DNA of 62,976 nucleotides, the filler included, from Pelomyxa schiedti (taxonomy: Eukaryota; Protista; Evosea): NCBI GenBank assembly GCA_020536535.1. It is 15 parts of 15 records of this genome, joined end to end, with 100 filler letters (N's around TTAATTAATTAA, not from the genome) between each part and the next. Parts side by side here need not be neighbours in the genome. Positions count along the whole stretch, not along the records: positions 46,781 to 49,331 come from JAHLWZ010001963.1; positions 49,432 to 56,129 come from JAHLWZ010000787.1; positions 56,230 to 62,976 come from JAHLWZ010001397.1; 12 more parts are not named here. One strand, written 5' to 3'. Position 1 is the first letter of the stretch, and every line of letters starts with the position of its first letter. Below the pieces are notes generated by a model that made no database searches, was not told the origin of the DNA, and was given only the letters and a program-made list of their open reading frames with translations. The translations under genes were made by a program, and so were the position numbers. Positions 47,170 to 57,866 of this stretch are shown here, piece by piece.

Positions 47170-48680
47170 GACCAATGGGGTGGCTTGGACACGTCACCAC
47201 TCGGCAGCTCCTGTTGGCCCCAGACCCGATGTGCGACCTGCTGCTGGCCTCGCACCCTGGGTGCTGGGGACCCACAGGCTGCTCGTCGTCGACGCTGGGG
47301 CGGTGCGCGGCGCCGGGGGGCGGGCGGGCGGGACGTGCACGGCGGAGCGGCGGTGCTGGGAATCTCGATGATCCTGCTTGGAATGACATGCGTCTCGAGT
47401 CCATGTCGTCGGTACTTAGATAGTGTGTGCTGGGACGTGGGGGTGTGAGTGGAGGTGGTCATGATCATGATCATGGCGCTGAATGCTACTGCTGGACAAC
47501 TCAATGGATTGCCATTTTATACCATTGTAGAAGATTGTATTATGAACTCTTTGGGGAAAAGCAACAAAGGTTGAGCTTCGTACTTTTCTTTGTCAGAATA
47601 CAATGGGTGTCCTGTGTGGAAAAAGCGTGGGTGGCGACTACAGGTGGTGTACTGGTGGGGAATTATTTAATCATTAAATTGCTACCAACCGTTTGCCCAC
47701 TAAGTTGCACTGTAAGAGGGTAAGTTTTTGGTTTTGGTAATACCGCTACCTGGATATGTGCATCGTTTGATAAGCAGGCACAGAAGTTCTGCATGCCGTT
47801 TATTGCCTTTGCAATCACATTTTGAATCAATCCCATGCATGCTGGCAAAATAACTCCCACAGGTGGGAATACAAAGTCGGATCTGATCCTTGGTTTTTAG
47901 TGCCACATAATATCATATAATTGTATAAAGAGGGGAATGCATTACAACGATACCAGCTTTTTCCTTTTGCTTTGCGTGGCACCAGTTACAGTAGTAGTAA
48001 ATAATACAGTGGTGCGGAACCACCTCACTATCCCCGTTCTTTTCCGTCGGTGCCAATGACTACAGCAAAACACACCCCCACAGTGTGGGTGTGAGTGTGA
48101 CTGTCCGTGATGGATGGAGGGTTGTTGTTGTAACGTGGGTGCTGTCCGTTTCAAGTTGAGGCTCTGGTGGAGTCGCCGCCATGTGTTTTCACCCTGGTTA
48201 CTACTAATCAACTAGTAAAAAGAAGGTAGGCTGAGACTCAGCTATGGAAGACTGACTGGGGGACTGCACCACAGGAGGAGGGCCAAGTGTTGGAAGACTC
48301 AAGGAGGAAACTGAACCAAAACAAGATGCAATCCTGTCCCACAAGTACATCCCACAAAAAAAACTGGAGTACTTTTGAGTAGCTTGAGAGAAACAAAACT
48401 GGGAACACTCCCCCAAAAAGGTTGCAATGAACATTGCATTGAAGTGATATAAGACCACATCTTTGGCATTCAATCAGTGTCTCAATGACTCTTGACCTTT
48501 ATTGGCAACAAATCCATACACAAAGAAACATGGTTTTTGTGTAAAAACTTGGTTTCCTTCTTAAAAAACAACCAACATAAGATTTTTGGTGCATCATACA
48601 AACTGTTAAAAGACAGGCTATCTTGTCCATACACCAAATTACACAAGGAAGGAAAATCAGTTTGGTTCCTTCAGAGAGCC

Positions 48681-48947
48681 AGCAAGGCGCGGAACCTAGC
48701 CTGGACTGCGGTGCCCAACTTTGTAAGTTGCCCGCTCGGCAGCCAGGGGTGAAGTGAGAAGCGGCACGTGGGCAGGTGCCCTCCGGGACCAAGCCCCAGC
48801 TGGATCCGCGTGCCGCGTCGGCAACATAAAGTGACCAGGAAGGGGACGCAAGGAAACGGGCGGAGCAAGGCGCGGAACCTAGCCTGGACTGCGGTGCCCA
48901 ACTTTGTAAGTTGCCCGCTCGGCAGCCAGGGGTGAAGCGAGAAGTGG
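48681..48947. repeat. 84-bp direct repeat pair with a 99-bp GC-rich spacer
   Basis: 48681-48764 and 48864-48947 differ at 2 positions. Confidence 0.93.
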
Positions 48948-49521
48948 ATAAGTGGATCTTCTTAGCAGAAAAACAAGCTGTTGTGCTGCTGTGACAAGTG
49001 AATGGTGCCACAGGCAAATCTAGACACAGGGTGCCTTGGGCATACCTGGAATGAGGGGCTATCTCATCCAGGGCGGCACTTAGGAGAAGCTCAGGGCACT
49101 GTGTGTTTTTCCAGGCTAATGTGTATCCCAACCAATTACCCAATGAGATTATCCAAGGCAACCACTGAGTAGAAAAACCAACATTTTGCAGAGTTGAGTT
49201 CCACAAAGATTTTTTTTTGTTGTGTTGACACAGGGTAATGTGTTGTTCCTCTAATTGCTAGATACACTCATGTTATATCACAATGTTGGAGTTGCTTGGT
49301 GTTGGGGATGAGGATGAGGATGGGGAGGGTGNNNNNNNNNNNNNNNNNNNNNNNNNNNNNNNNNNNNNNNNNNNNTTAATTAATTAANNNNNNNNNNNNN
49401 NNNNNNNNNNNNNNNNNNNNNNNNNNNNNNNCTTCGTTATTCACAAACTTAGAGACCCCAACGGCGGCATTCAATGAAACAGGTTGTTGTGAAACAACCA
49501 AACGTGAAATCGCTGCGGTTG

Positions 49522-52500
49522 TCACTCAGATCCGGCAAGCCCTGCGTCTGCAGCTACCTCCCCCCTTTTTAGATGGACGACCCGGCCATCCAATGTTACA
49601 CGCTTTGCTGGTGGTGCGAGCATGTCGACGTTGTAGACGTGGTAGTCGGCGAGCTTAGCAGGCATTTTACGATCACGATGCGGCCTTCCTGTTGCCGTTG
49701 ACTTGGGTACTTTATTGCGTGTACTGTCGCTGTCACTGTCATGTACTTTTTTGTGCCCCACTTTCCGCTCTTCTCTATCGGTTCTCACACTGTTGTGTCG
49801 CAGCTCCTTTTTGGTGGATGTTTGTTTTGACTTTTCCGTAGTTTTCTCTCTTGTTTCCTCTGTTTCGGGTATGTATTCATCATCTCTCCTGTCAACTCCT
49901 TCTGTAATTCCTTGTAAAGGGTTCTTTTCATAGGCTTCAATGAGTTTCTGTGATTTGCCTTTGAACCGATTCTGTCTTTTTTCTTCTTGCTTCTGAAACC
50001 ACCTCCTGGTTCTATCCAGTGCTGTATCGAAAATACCTTCCGCTTCTAACTCTGGATCCAACTCTCCTTCTACTTCAGGCTCCTCTGTCGGGATTGGTGC
50101 ATCACGGCTGATGTAAGGTTTCAGCCTGCTAATGTGCACTAGCTGTGTTAGTGGGAATCCTCTCTCGTTTTCTAATTGGTACAAGTTCTCATCTATCTTC
50201 TCAATAACCCTAAAAAGCCCATGCCACTTAGCAGCAAATTTGCGTGCTTCTTTGTCTACTTCCTTAGTGATTTGTGATGCATACACCAAACCGCTTGTCC
50301 AACATCAATTGAGCTTTCCCTCAATACTTTCTGTCCTGCTTGCTGCTGTCGTAACCTTTCTTTTTCCAGTGTGACTCTAACATAGTTGATAGCCTCTCTC
50401 AAGCTGTGAATCCAGTCTCTTTTGTGAACTTCAATACTGGCATCCTCCTCCTCTGCTCTAAGATGATCATCATCTAGCAGCTTCATATCGTACCCATGGT
50501 GGAGGAAGAAGGGTGTATATCCAGTTCTTGGGTCCACACTGGACCGATATGCAAACAGCACTGGCTGTAAGTACACATCCCACTTATGTTTACGTTGGTC
50601 TGCATACACTCTCAGCATATCCACAAGTGTCCGATTGAATCTCTCAGTCTGCCCATTACTCTGTGGCCTGTATGGCGTTGTGTGATGATGCTCTACCTGG
50701 AAGAGTCTGTTAACTTCATCAACAAGGTCGTTTATGAAGTGTGTTCCTCTATCAGAGACCAATATCTCAGGTGCCCCATGATGGCAGATCCAGAAGTCAA
50801 CAAATATTCTTGCTGTTGTGGCTGCATCAGCGCAGGGTGTGGCAAAGGCTTCTGGCCAGTGGCTGAAATGATCTATCATTACAAGAATATACTCATTTCC
50901 TTCACTGGTGCGCGTCAACTTCCCAATATAATCAATACCTACCATCTCACGTGGCCTGGTGGGAATAGGTAAGCTTTTTGCAACTCCCTTATTGCTGGAC
51001 CGATTCTGGTATTTCTGGCAGATCACACAGGTCTTGCAATATTTGTATACATCTGTACTCATTGTGCGCCACCAATAACGTTGCCGAACCTTGTCATACG
51101 TTCTAGCAAATGACAGATGTCCACCTGCCAGTGGGCAATCATGGAGACTACTAAGTACCTCCATCTTCATGCTAGATGGTAGGACCACAGCCAGGTTAGG
51201 TGGTCTTCCTCGTCCTTTAATATTCCAGTGATACCAAATATCATCCTCACATTTCAAAAATAGGTCCTTACTCTGGAATAACTCCCGCACCCATTGCTTG
51301 TCTGTGGAATTAACCTCATTTCCTTCCATGAGCTGAGCTATGTTCTGCACATCTACATCCAGAGATTGTGCTCTTAGCATATTACTGTGCATTGGCTCAT
51401 TCTCGATTAGCAGGCAAGTTGATGTTGGATAATGAGACAGTGTGTGTGGCACCACCATGAGCTTCCCAGGTTTGTGTTGGATAAGTGGATTGTACTGTAA
51501 TAGTGTAAGACTCCATCGAGCCAACCTTCCAGATAGGTTTTTTGCCTCCAGAAGGTACTTAAGTGCAATGTGATCTGTGNNNNNNNNNNNNNNNNNNNNN
51601 NNNNNNNNNNNNNNNNNNNNNNNNNNNNNNNNNNNNNNNNNNNNNNNNNNNNNNNNNNNNNNNNNNNNNNNNNNNNNNNCCTATTAGCTGGAATAACACT
51701 GCACCCAGACCAATGCCCGATGCATCTGATTCAATGCAGAAAGGTAAACTCCTGTCTGGGTACCCCAATATTGGTGCCTCCATGAGTGCGTGCTTCAGAG
51801 TATCGAATGCCTCGACCTGTGGTTCGTCCCACTTAAACCGGCCTGTATATGCTTCTATTAATGGTCTTGCAATAGCGGCAAAGTTCCTGATGAAGCGGCG
51901 GCTAAAGCCAGCCAGTCCCACAAAACTCTGTACATCTGCCGCACATTGTGGCATTGGAAATTGTTTCACTGCCCTCAGTTGTGCTGGACTTATTCGTATG
52001 CCTTCATCTGATATTTCAAACCCAAGGTACAGAAGGCACCGTCTTGCAAATTGACACTTGGACAGTCTGATGCAAAGGTGTGCCGCCTTTAATCTCTCCA
52101 ACACATGAACTAATCTTGTATTATGCTCCTCCAGTGTCCTTCCAAATACCAGGATATCGTCGACATAGACCAGACATTCCTCCCAAAGAAGGCCACCCAT
52201 TGTCAAGTCCATTATCCTTTGAAAGGTACTGGGTGCATTTGATAGTCCAAAAGGTAAGACATTAAACTCATACAGACCACTTCTCACCTTGAATGCTGTC
52301 TTCTCTCTATCCTGTTCAGCNNNNNNNNNNNNNNNNNNNNNNNNNNNNNNNNNNNNNNNNNNNNNNNNNNNNNNNNNNNNNNNNNNNNNNNNNNNNNNNN
52401 NNNNNNNNNNNNNNNNNNNNTGATAGTCCAAAAGGTAAGACATTAAACTCATACAGACCACTTCTCACCTTGAATGCTGTCTTCTCTCTATCCTGTTCAG

Positions 52501-53367
52501 CGATTGGGATCTGCCAATACCCTGAACACAAATCCAAAAGTGAGAAGAATTTCTGCCCAGCCAGTGTTGTGATACACTCCTCAATTCTAGGCAGTGGGTA
52601 AACATCTCTCTTTGTTACGCTATTAAGTTTGCGATAGTTGACACAGAACCTCAGTGTTCCATCTTTCTTTGGAGCAAGTACCACAGGACTAGACCAACTG
52701 CTATAGCTCGGCCTTACAATCCCTAGTTTAAGGTACTTAGCTATCTCCCCAGCAATGTAAGTGTGCTCTGACTCACTAAGTTTCCGCCCCCATGCAGTTA
52801 CTGGTCTAGCATCCGCTGTATCAATGGCATGGTCTGCTACATGTTCAAGGTGAGTGTGTGATTCTATCCCCAGTTTCTCAACAAACAGCTCTTTGTAGTT
52901 TACCAGAATTCTGAACAAGGTCTCTCTTTGTTCCGCGGTTAGGTCCAAAGCTGCCTTCCAGTCGAATTTGTCAAATTCTGATGTTGGTTTTGCTGTTGGG
53001 TGCTCACTTCCAGACACATTGTTCACAGGTATAGTCTTATTTCTCATTAGTTCGGNNNNNNNNNNNNNNNNNNNNNNNNNNNNNNNNNNNNNNNNNNNNN
53101 NNNNNNNNNNNNNNNNNNNNNNNNNNNNNNNNNNNNNNNNNNNNNNNNNNNNNNNGCGGTTAGGTCCAAAGCTGCCTTCCAGTCGAATTTGTCAAATTCT
53201 GATGTTGGTTTTGCTGTTGGGTGCTCACTTCCAGACACATTGTTCACAGGTATAGTCTTATTTCTCATTAGTTCGGATGTTCCTAACATTGTTCCAGCCG
53301 GAATTGTTTTGTCAAGTTCTGTTGGATTCAGTATACTTATTGGCAAAGTGTTCTCCCAAGCCACTCT
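49522..53367 (-). CDS. pol: RT-RNase H-integrase of element B (three gaps, one frameshift near 50285)
   Basis: RT, RH and IN motifs across ORFs 52316, 51559, 50256 and 49522. GQAVW|VYASQ needs one extra G. Confidence 0.85.
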
Positions 53368-53907
53368 CTAACTCTGTCTGGGGCTGGCTCAAACTCGTAA
53401 TACTTCCCATTCTCAAGATTTCCTACTGACACTCTCTCCAAAGTCGTGCTGTATGCTGGACACACTAGATCCTCTTGTGTGACTATTAGTAACCTGGTAT
53501 CTGTCTTTGTCGATCGACATTTGACTTTTGTTGCCCATGGGAGGTCAATCTCTGTAATTGTGGGCATACCTACTTTGTATTCATGGCGGAAGTCATTGCC
53601 CAGGATCCAGAGTTGATTTAGGTTAGAAACGATTCCAAACTTCCAATGTATCAACTTTCCTGCCAGGCAAAATGAAATTTCAACTGTATCTTGGATGTCC
53701 AAGTGTGTTCCTCCAGCCTGTAGAGGCCCTGCCTGGTACGCATTCTTCTGAAGTTTCCACCTAAATCTTGCTTCTAGCTCTAAACATATGTTTCTACTAA
53801 CCAATGACATACCTGATCCACTATCAAGGCAAACTTCATATGGGTGTCTTTTGACCTTAACTTTTACATATGTGGGTGTGAATTCCGCACTTCTATTTTC
53901 TTTAACC
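53337..53907 (-). CDS. pro: Aspartic protease region of element B
   Basis: VKENRSAEFTPTYVKVKVKRHPYEVCLDSGSGMSLVS. Its N-terminal part is also present at 54853-54467, in frame behind the gag stop. Confidence 0.85.
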
Positions 53908-54853
53908 TCTGCTTCTGTAATATCCCCGCTGATAACCCCTTAGATTTGGGTTGATGAAATTCACTGAAGGACTCTCTGGCTCCACTAGTCTAGTGGGTTC
54001 ACGCTCCCACCACACCCGAGCAGCATTTGTGTACTCCCTGAAAGTCACAGAATCTCTCCCCGCTAATGNNNNNNNNNNNNNNNNNNNNNNNNNNNNNNNN
54101 NNNNNNNNNNNNNNNNNNNNNNNNNNNNNNNNNNNNNNNNNNNNNNNNNNNNNNNNNNNNNNNNNNNNTTGTCAAGTCCATTATCCTTTGAAAGGTACTG
54201 GGTGCATTTGATAGTCCAAAAGGTAAGACATTAAACTCATACAGACCACTTCTCACCTTGAATGCTGTCTTCTCTCTATCCTGTTCAGCAATTGGGATCT
54301 GCCAATACCCTGAACACAAATCCAAAAGTGAGAAAAATTTCTGCCCAGCCAGTGTTGTGATACACTCCTCAATTCTAGGTAGTGGGTAAACGTCTCTCTT
54401 TGTTACGCTATTAAGTTTGCGATAGTTGACACAGAACCTCAGTGTTCCATCTTTCTTTGGTCCTTTGACCTTAACTTTTACATATGTGGGTGTGAATTCC
54501 GCACTTCTATTTTCTTTAACTAGCAATACCAATTTGGGGTTTTTAATTGCTTTCTCATCCCTTACCATCGTTTCTTGGATGAGTATTTTGCCTGCATTTT
54601 TTGCCCTTACTATCCCATTTAGGGTAGATTCTCGGCAATTAGCTCCATCATCCCCTTCCATCCCTTGTGGGACAGGCTTTCGGATGTGAGCATTATCATC
54701 CCCTTCCGTCCATGGGACAGGCTTTCGGATGTTTTTGTATATGGCCATATTCTTATTTGTTTTTTCGTTTTGATATATTGCAGGCTTCTTATTGGGCCTC
54801 GACCCGTTTCCATGATTAATGTTTGAAGTGCAGTCATCACAACCCACTGCGAG

Positions 54854-56056
54854 TCAGCTTCTATTCTCTTCTGACTCCTCCTTCTCCAGATACTCCTCTT
54901 TCTCAGAATACTCCCTTTTTTCTGGGCATTCCTTCTGTAAGTGACTCGTACTTCCGCATCTAAAACATGCCTTTCTGCTGTAAGGACCTCGTGGTGGGGC
55001 ACTCCCTTTGATGTACCTTGACCTCTGGTACCCTCTTCCACCTGGGCTATGCCAAGTCCGTCCACTTCCTCCTTGATTTGCCCTTGAGCTGGTGCTAGTT
55101 TGGTACTCAGTATGTGCCCTTGGCTCTACATATCCACTCCCACTATATACAGGTGTTGCCCGTGAAGACTTGTAAGGGGTTCCACCATAAGAAGGCCTTG
55201 ACCTTCCTCGACTGTAACCTCTGCTTCTGTAATATCCCCGCTGATAACCCCTTAGATTCGGGTTGATGAAATTCACTGAAGGACTCTCTGGCTCCACTAG
55301 TCTAGTGGGTTCACGCTCCCACCACACCCGAGCAGCATTTGTGTACTCCCTGAAAGTCACAGAATCTCTCCCCGCTAATGACATCGTGATACCTGTCACC
55401 CAATCTGCCGGGAGCCACTTTTTAAAATCGCGTATCAGACTGTGGTCATTCATTGGTACATTTGTTCCTGTGACCCCTGCTGCTGTAGTGGCTAATCTCC
55501 GGAACCGGCAGACCATATTACTCCAGCTCTCCCCCTTCTCCATTTTGAAATTATCTAATGCTAGTTCAGCCTCCTTGAGAGAACCGGTATCAAAACTCGA
55601 GACCAGAGTGGTTAAAATACTGTCAAGGCGACCTGCATCCTCAGTGGGGATAACAAGCTGTGCAGCTTCTCCTTCCAGTGCAGCATATATCGCAAGCACT
55701 ATCTGACGCTCTGAGAATGTTCGGATGGCAAGTCTAACTCTACTGATCCACTGCCTTACATCCATCTTATCAGGATTGAACTTTGGTAATGTGAGCTTCT
55801 CTTTACTGTCATCATTTACCCACTCCATTGTGATGGTGGTTACTGGTGTATTGGGAAACTCTAATTCAAGGCTCCAGGTTGGCGGCCTTTCCTCGGCGTT
55901 ATCTCTATGAGCAGTACGGGCAAGATTTGGAGTTGCCGCAGCCCTGGAAGCACTAGAAGACAGTTCTTTTGAGCCTCTACTAGCTTCACTGTCAGCCGTG
56001 TGCCTCTGCACCAATAATGGCACAATGGACCTAAGTAGTGCCAACATCTCACCCAT
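54854..56056 (-). CDS. gag: Gag of element B
   Basis: Capsid-like LPKF...VRQWISRV, RG/Y-rich region and one CCHC knuckle. First ATG at 56056; ends at TGA 54856-54854. Confidence 0.85.
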   Translation of the reverse strand: MGEMLALLRSIVPLLVQRHTADSEASRGSKELSSSASRAAATPNLARTAHRDNAEERPPTWSLELEFPNTPVTTITMEWVNDDSKEKLTLPKFNPDKMDVRQWISRVRLAIRTFSERQIVLAIYAALEGEAAQLVIPTEDAGRLDSILTTLVSSFDTGSLKEAELALDNFKMEKGESWSNMVCRFRRLATTAAGVTGTNVPMNDHSLIRDFKKWLPADWVTGITMSLAGRDSVTFREYTNAARVWWEREPTRLVEPESPSVNFINPNLRGYQRGYYRSRGYSRGRSRPSYGGTPYKSSRATPVYSGSGYVEPRAHTEYQTSTSSRANQGGSGRTWHSPGGRGYQRSRYIKGSAPPRGPYSRKACFRCGSTSHLQKECPEKREYSEKEEYLEKEESEENRS

Positions 56057-56229
56057 CTCGGTTTGTTGTGTTGTACTGGTCGTTGCTAAGTGCTGTTGAC
56101 CCCTACCAGATAGGCCGGTGGTGGTCACCNNNNNNNNNNNNNNNNNNNNNNNNNNNNNNNNNNNNNNNNNNNNTTAATTAATTAANNNNNNNNNNNNNNN
56201 NNNNNNNNNNNNNNNNNNNNNNNNNNNNN

Positions 56230-56538
56230 CTACTGAGCCCGGACATCCGCCTCACCAGGATGTCCTTGTGTCAGTTAACAACAATGTACTTGAGTTAATG
56301 TATTGAGGTAATGCAATGCTGTAGTAACCATTTGAAACGAAACAAAACACCAAGTACCATATGTCCAACGCCGTTGGTTTCCCTTCCTCAATGAAGTCGT
56401 ACCTAAAAAAACAGAGTAAACAAAAACAAATATACATCGGGGATAGGCAAGGTACAAGTGTTTGGTGGCGCCTGTCGACACTTCAACAACTTCAAAGTTG
56501 GGCAGCGGTTTCCCAATGCAGTCCCTTGTCGTTGACAT
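56230..56538 (-). CDS. Thioredoxin-fold TlpA/redoxin-like protein with in-frame UGA at the active-site Cys position (probable selenoprotein), 3' truncated
   Basis: Exons 56538-56456, 56402-56358 and 56264-56230 with GT-AG introns give MSTTRDCIGKPLPNFEVVEVSTGATKHLYDFIEEGKPTALDIWTSW-TGA-GGCPGSV. Confidence 0.8.
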
Positions 56539-56764
56539 CTTGTTGGTTTGTCGGTTGGTTTTTTTTTTTTTTTTGTGTTGAGCAGTCTTGTTGACCAGAA
56601 GAAAATTCCGAAGCTTTGGTCGCATGTTTGCACAACGGGGGGATTGTTATCGATGAGTTGACTCAGGGAGCGCGCCAGGGAATTTGTTCCTGAGTCGATG
56701 GGTAGAGGCAGAAATCACCACATCAGAAATCACCCCTGCCACCATCATAACAAAAACAAAGACA

Positions 56765-57778
56765 ATGTCGTACGGTAAGTCAGAGACCAGCGACCTGAGG
56801 GGTAAAGTAGAGGCCCAATTAAACAGGTATTAGCTCTTATAACTGCCAATCGCCACCGTATAGTATTATAATCAGTCAGTGTTACACAACAAACATAATA
56901 AAAACGCGTGGGTGCGTGTTTCACTACCACGTAACGTATTATGGGACAGGCTGTTGGCCCAGTTGCAGGATTTGGATGACCTCCAGGATGTATGTCTGTT
57001 TTTAGAACTCGAAATATACATAAGCTGGTGAATAACTAACAAATGCTCGGACATATCTTCTATGGTTTAAGGATTCAATAGTAAATAATAGATGTATTGT
57101 TACGGGTAGTCACACTTACACACTATCACCAGGAGCTAGAGCCAGAGGAAATTGAAGATATCAAGGCTGACACCTTACAACAGATGCAAGAATTCGAGGC
57201 CAGTCTTGTAAAGATGATGTCCGGTAACATCACACTGGTTAATGAGATAGGCCTCACAAGACTTGTATGCTTCAATAGCAGTATTCCCCACAAGTATTGG
57301 TTTGTTAAAAAAAAAAAATAACAGGCTATCCAAGCGGCAATCAGCAAGGCCTTTAGGACTCCCGAGGTTCTCAAAATGTTTGCCAAAAAGGACTTGGGTT
57401 CACTCCGAAGCCGTCTATCATCCATTCAGGTTCCATTATTATCATACCCACAATCTTCAAATAATGATATCCACACACTCATGCCTCAACAGATGAATGC
57501 CCGACTAGGAAAGATACCCCGAGACCAAGTAGTACTAGATACTGTGGAGGTACTTGCCGCCCTTAAAAAGCTTGGTGAAAGGCTATCGCCGGAAGAACTA
57601 CATTTCCTACAGGAACATAGGTCACATATTATGGCTGATTTTGATGAAGTCGACAGTGACATAGGTAACAACAAAAATAGACGATACATGAAAAACTTAC
57701 ACATTATTCAAAGGTGTTGGAGCTAAAAGTGCCATTTTGTCCAATGCTGCCAACCAAATCAAAAGAGCCAAGACTTAA
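56765..57778 (+). CDS. LZIC: Leucine zipper and ICAT homologous domain protein, multi-exon
   Basis: GKSETSDLRGKVEAQLNRLLAQLQDL, MMSGNITLVNE, AIQAAISKAFRTPEVLKMFAKK, VEVLAALKKLGERLS. Confidence 0.9.
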
Positions 57779-57866
57779 GTCTCACCTCTTGTATTCCACC
57801 GCCAAAACTGCCATTAAAAGCATAAAAGTAAAAGAAAAATGATTGATGTTTGTGTAGTATTTTCTT

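Larger units (their letters stand above)
49432..56129 (-). mobile_element. Ty3/gypsy LTR retrotransposon B, mosaic of at least two variant copies
   Basis: gag with CCHC CFRCGSTSHLQKEC, protease CLDSGS, RT RFCVNYRKLN and YVDD, RNase H SDASG and TDH, integrase HHCC zinc motif, D,D35E core and GPY/F-like WHGLF. PPT AAAAAGGGGGGAGG at 49570-49557, then a probable partial 3' LTR. Confidence 0.93.

Noticed and set aside
48835-48880. Similarity of CAAGG...CGGAGCAAGG to SRP RNA helix 8
   Set aside because: There is no GNRA tetraloop or closing stem between AGG and AGCA, and the AGCA belongs to the 84-bp repeat.
53895-53915. gag-to-pro junction as a spliced (GT-AG) product copied into DNA
   Set aside because: Using the nearest GT and AG would give GCAGAGTTAAA, but the sequence is GCAGAGGTTAAA; microhomology explains it better.
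53999-54847. 282-aa ORF as a genuine linker-RT fusion protein
   Set aside because: It is created by a deletion junction at about 54465 and runs through an N gap into a duplicated gag piece.
56115-56129. GGTGACC at the contig edge as the primer-binding site of element B
   Set aside because: The TGG start and upstream LTR are cut off by the linker, so it cannot be tested.
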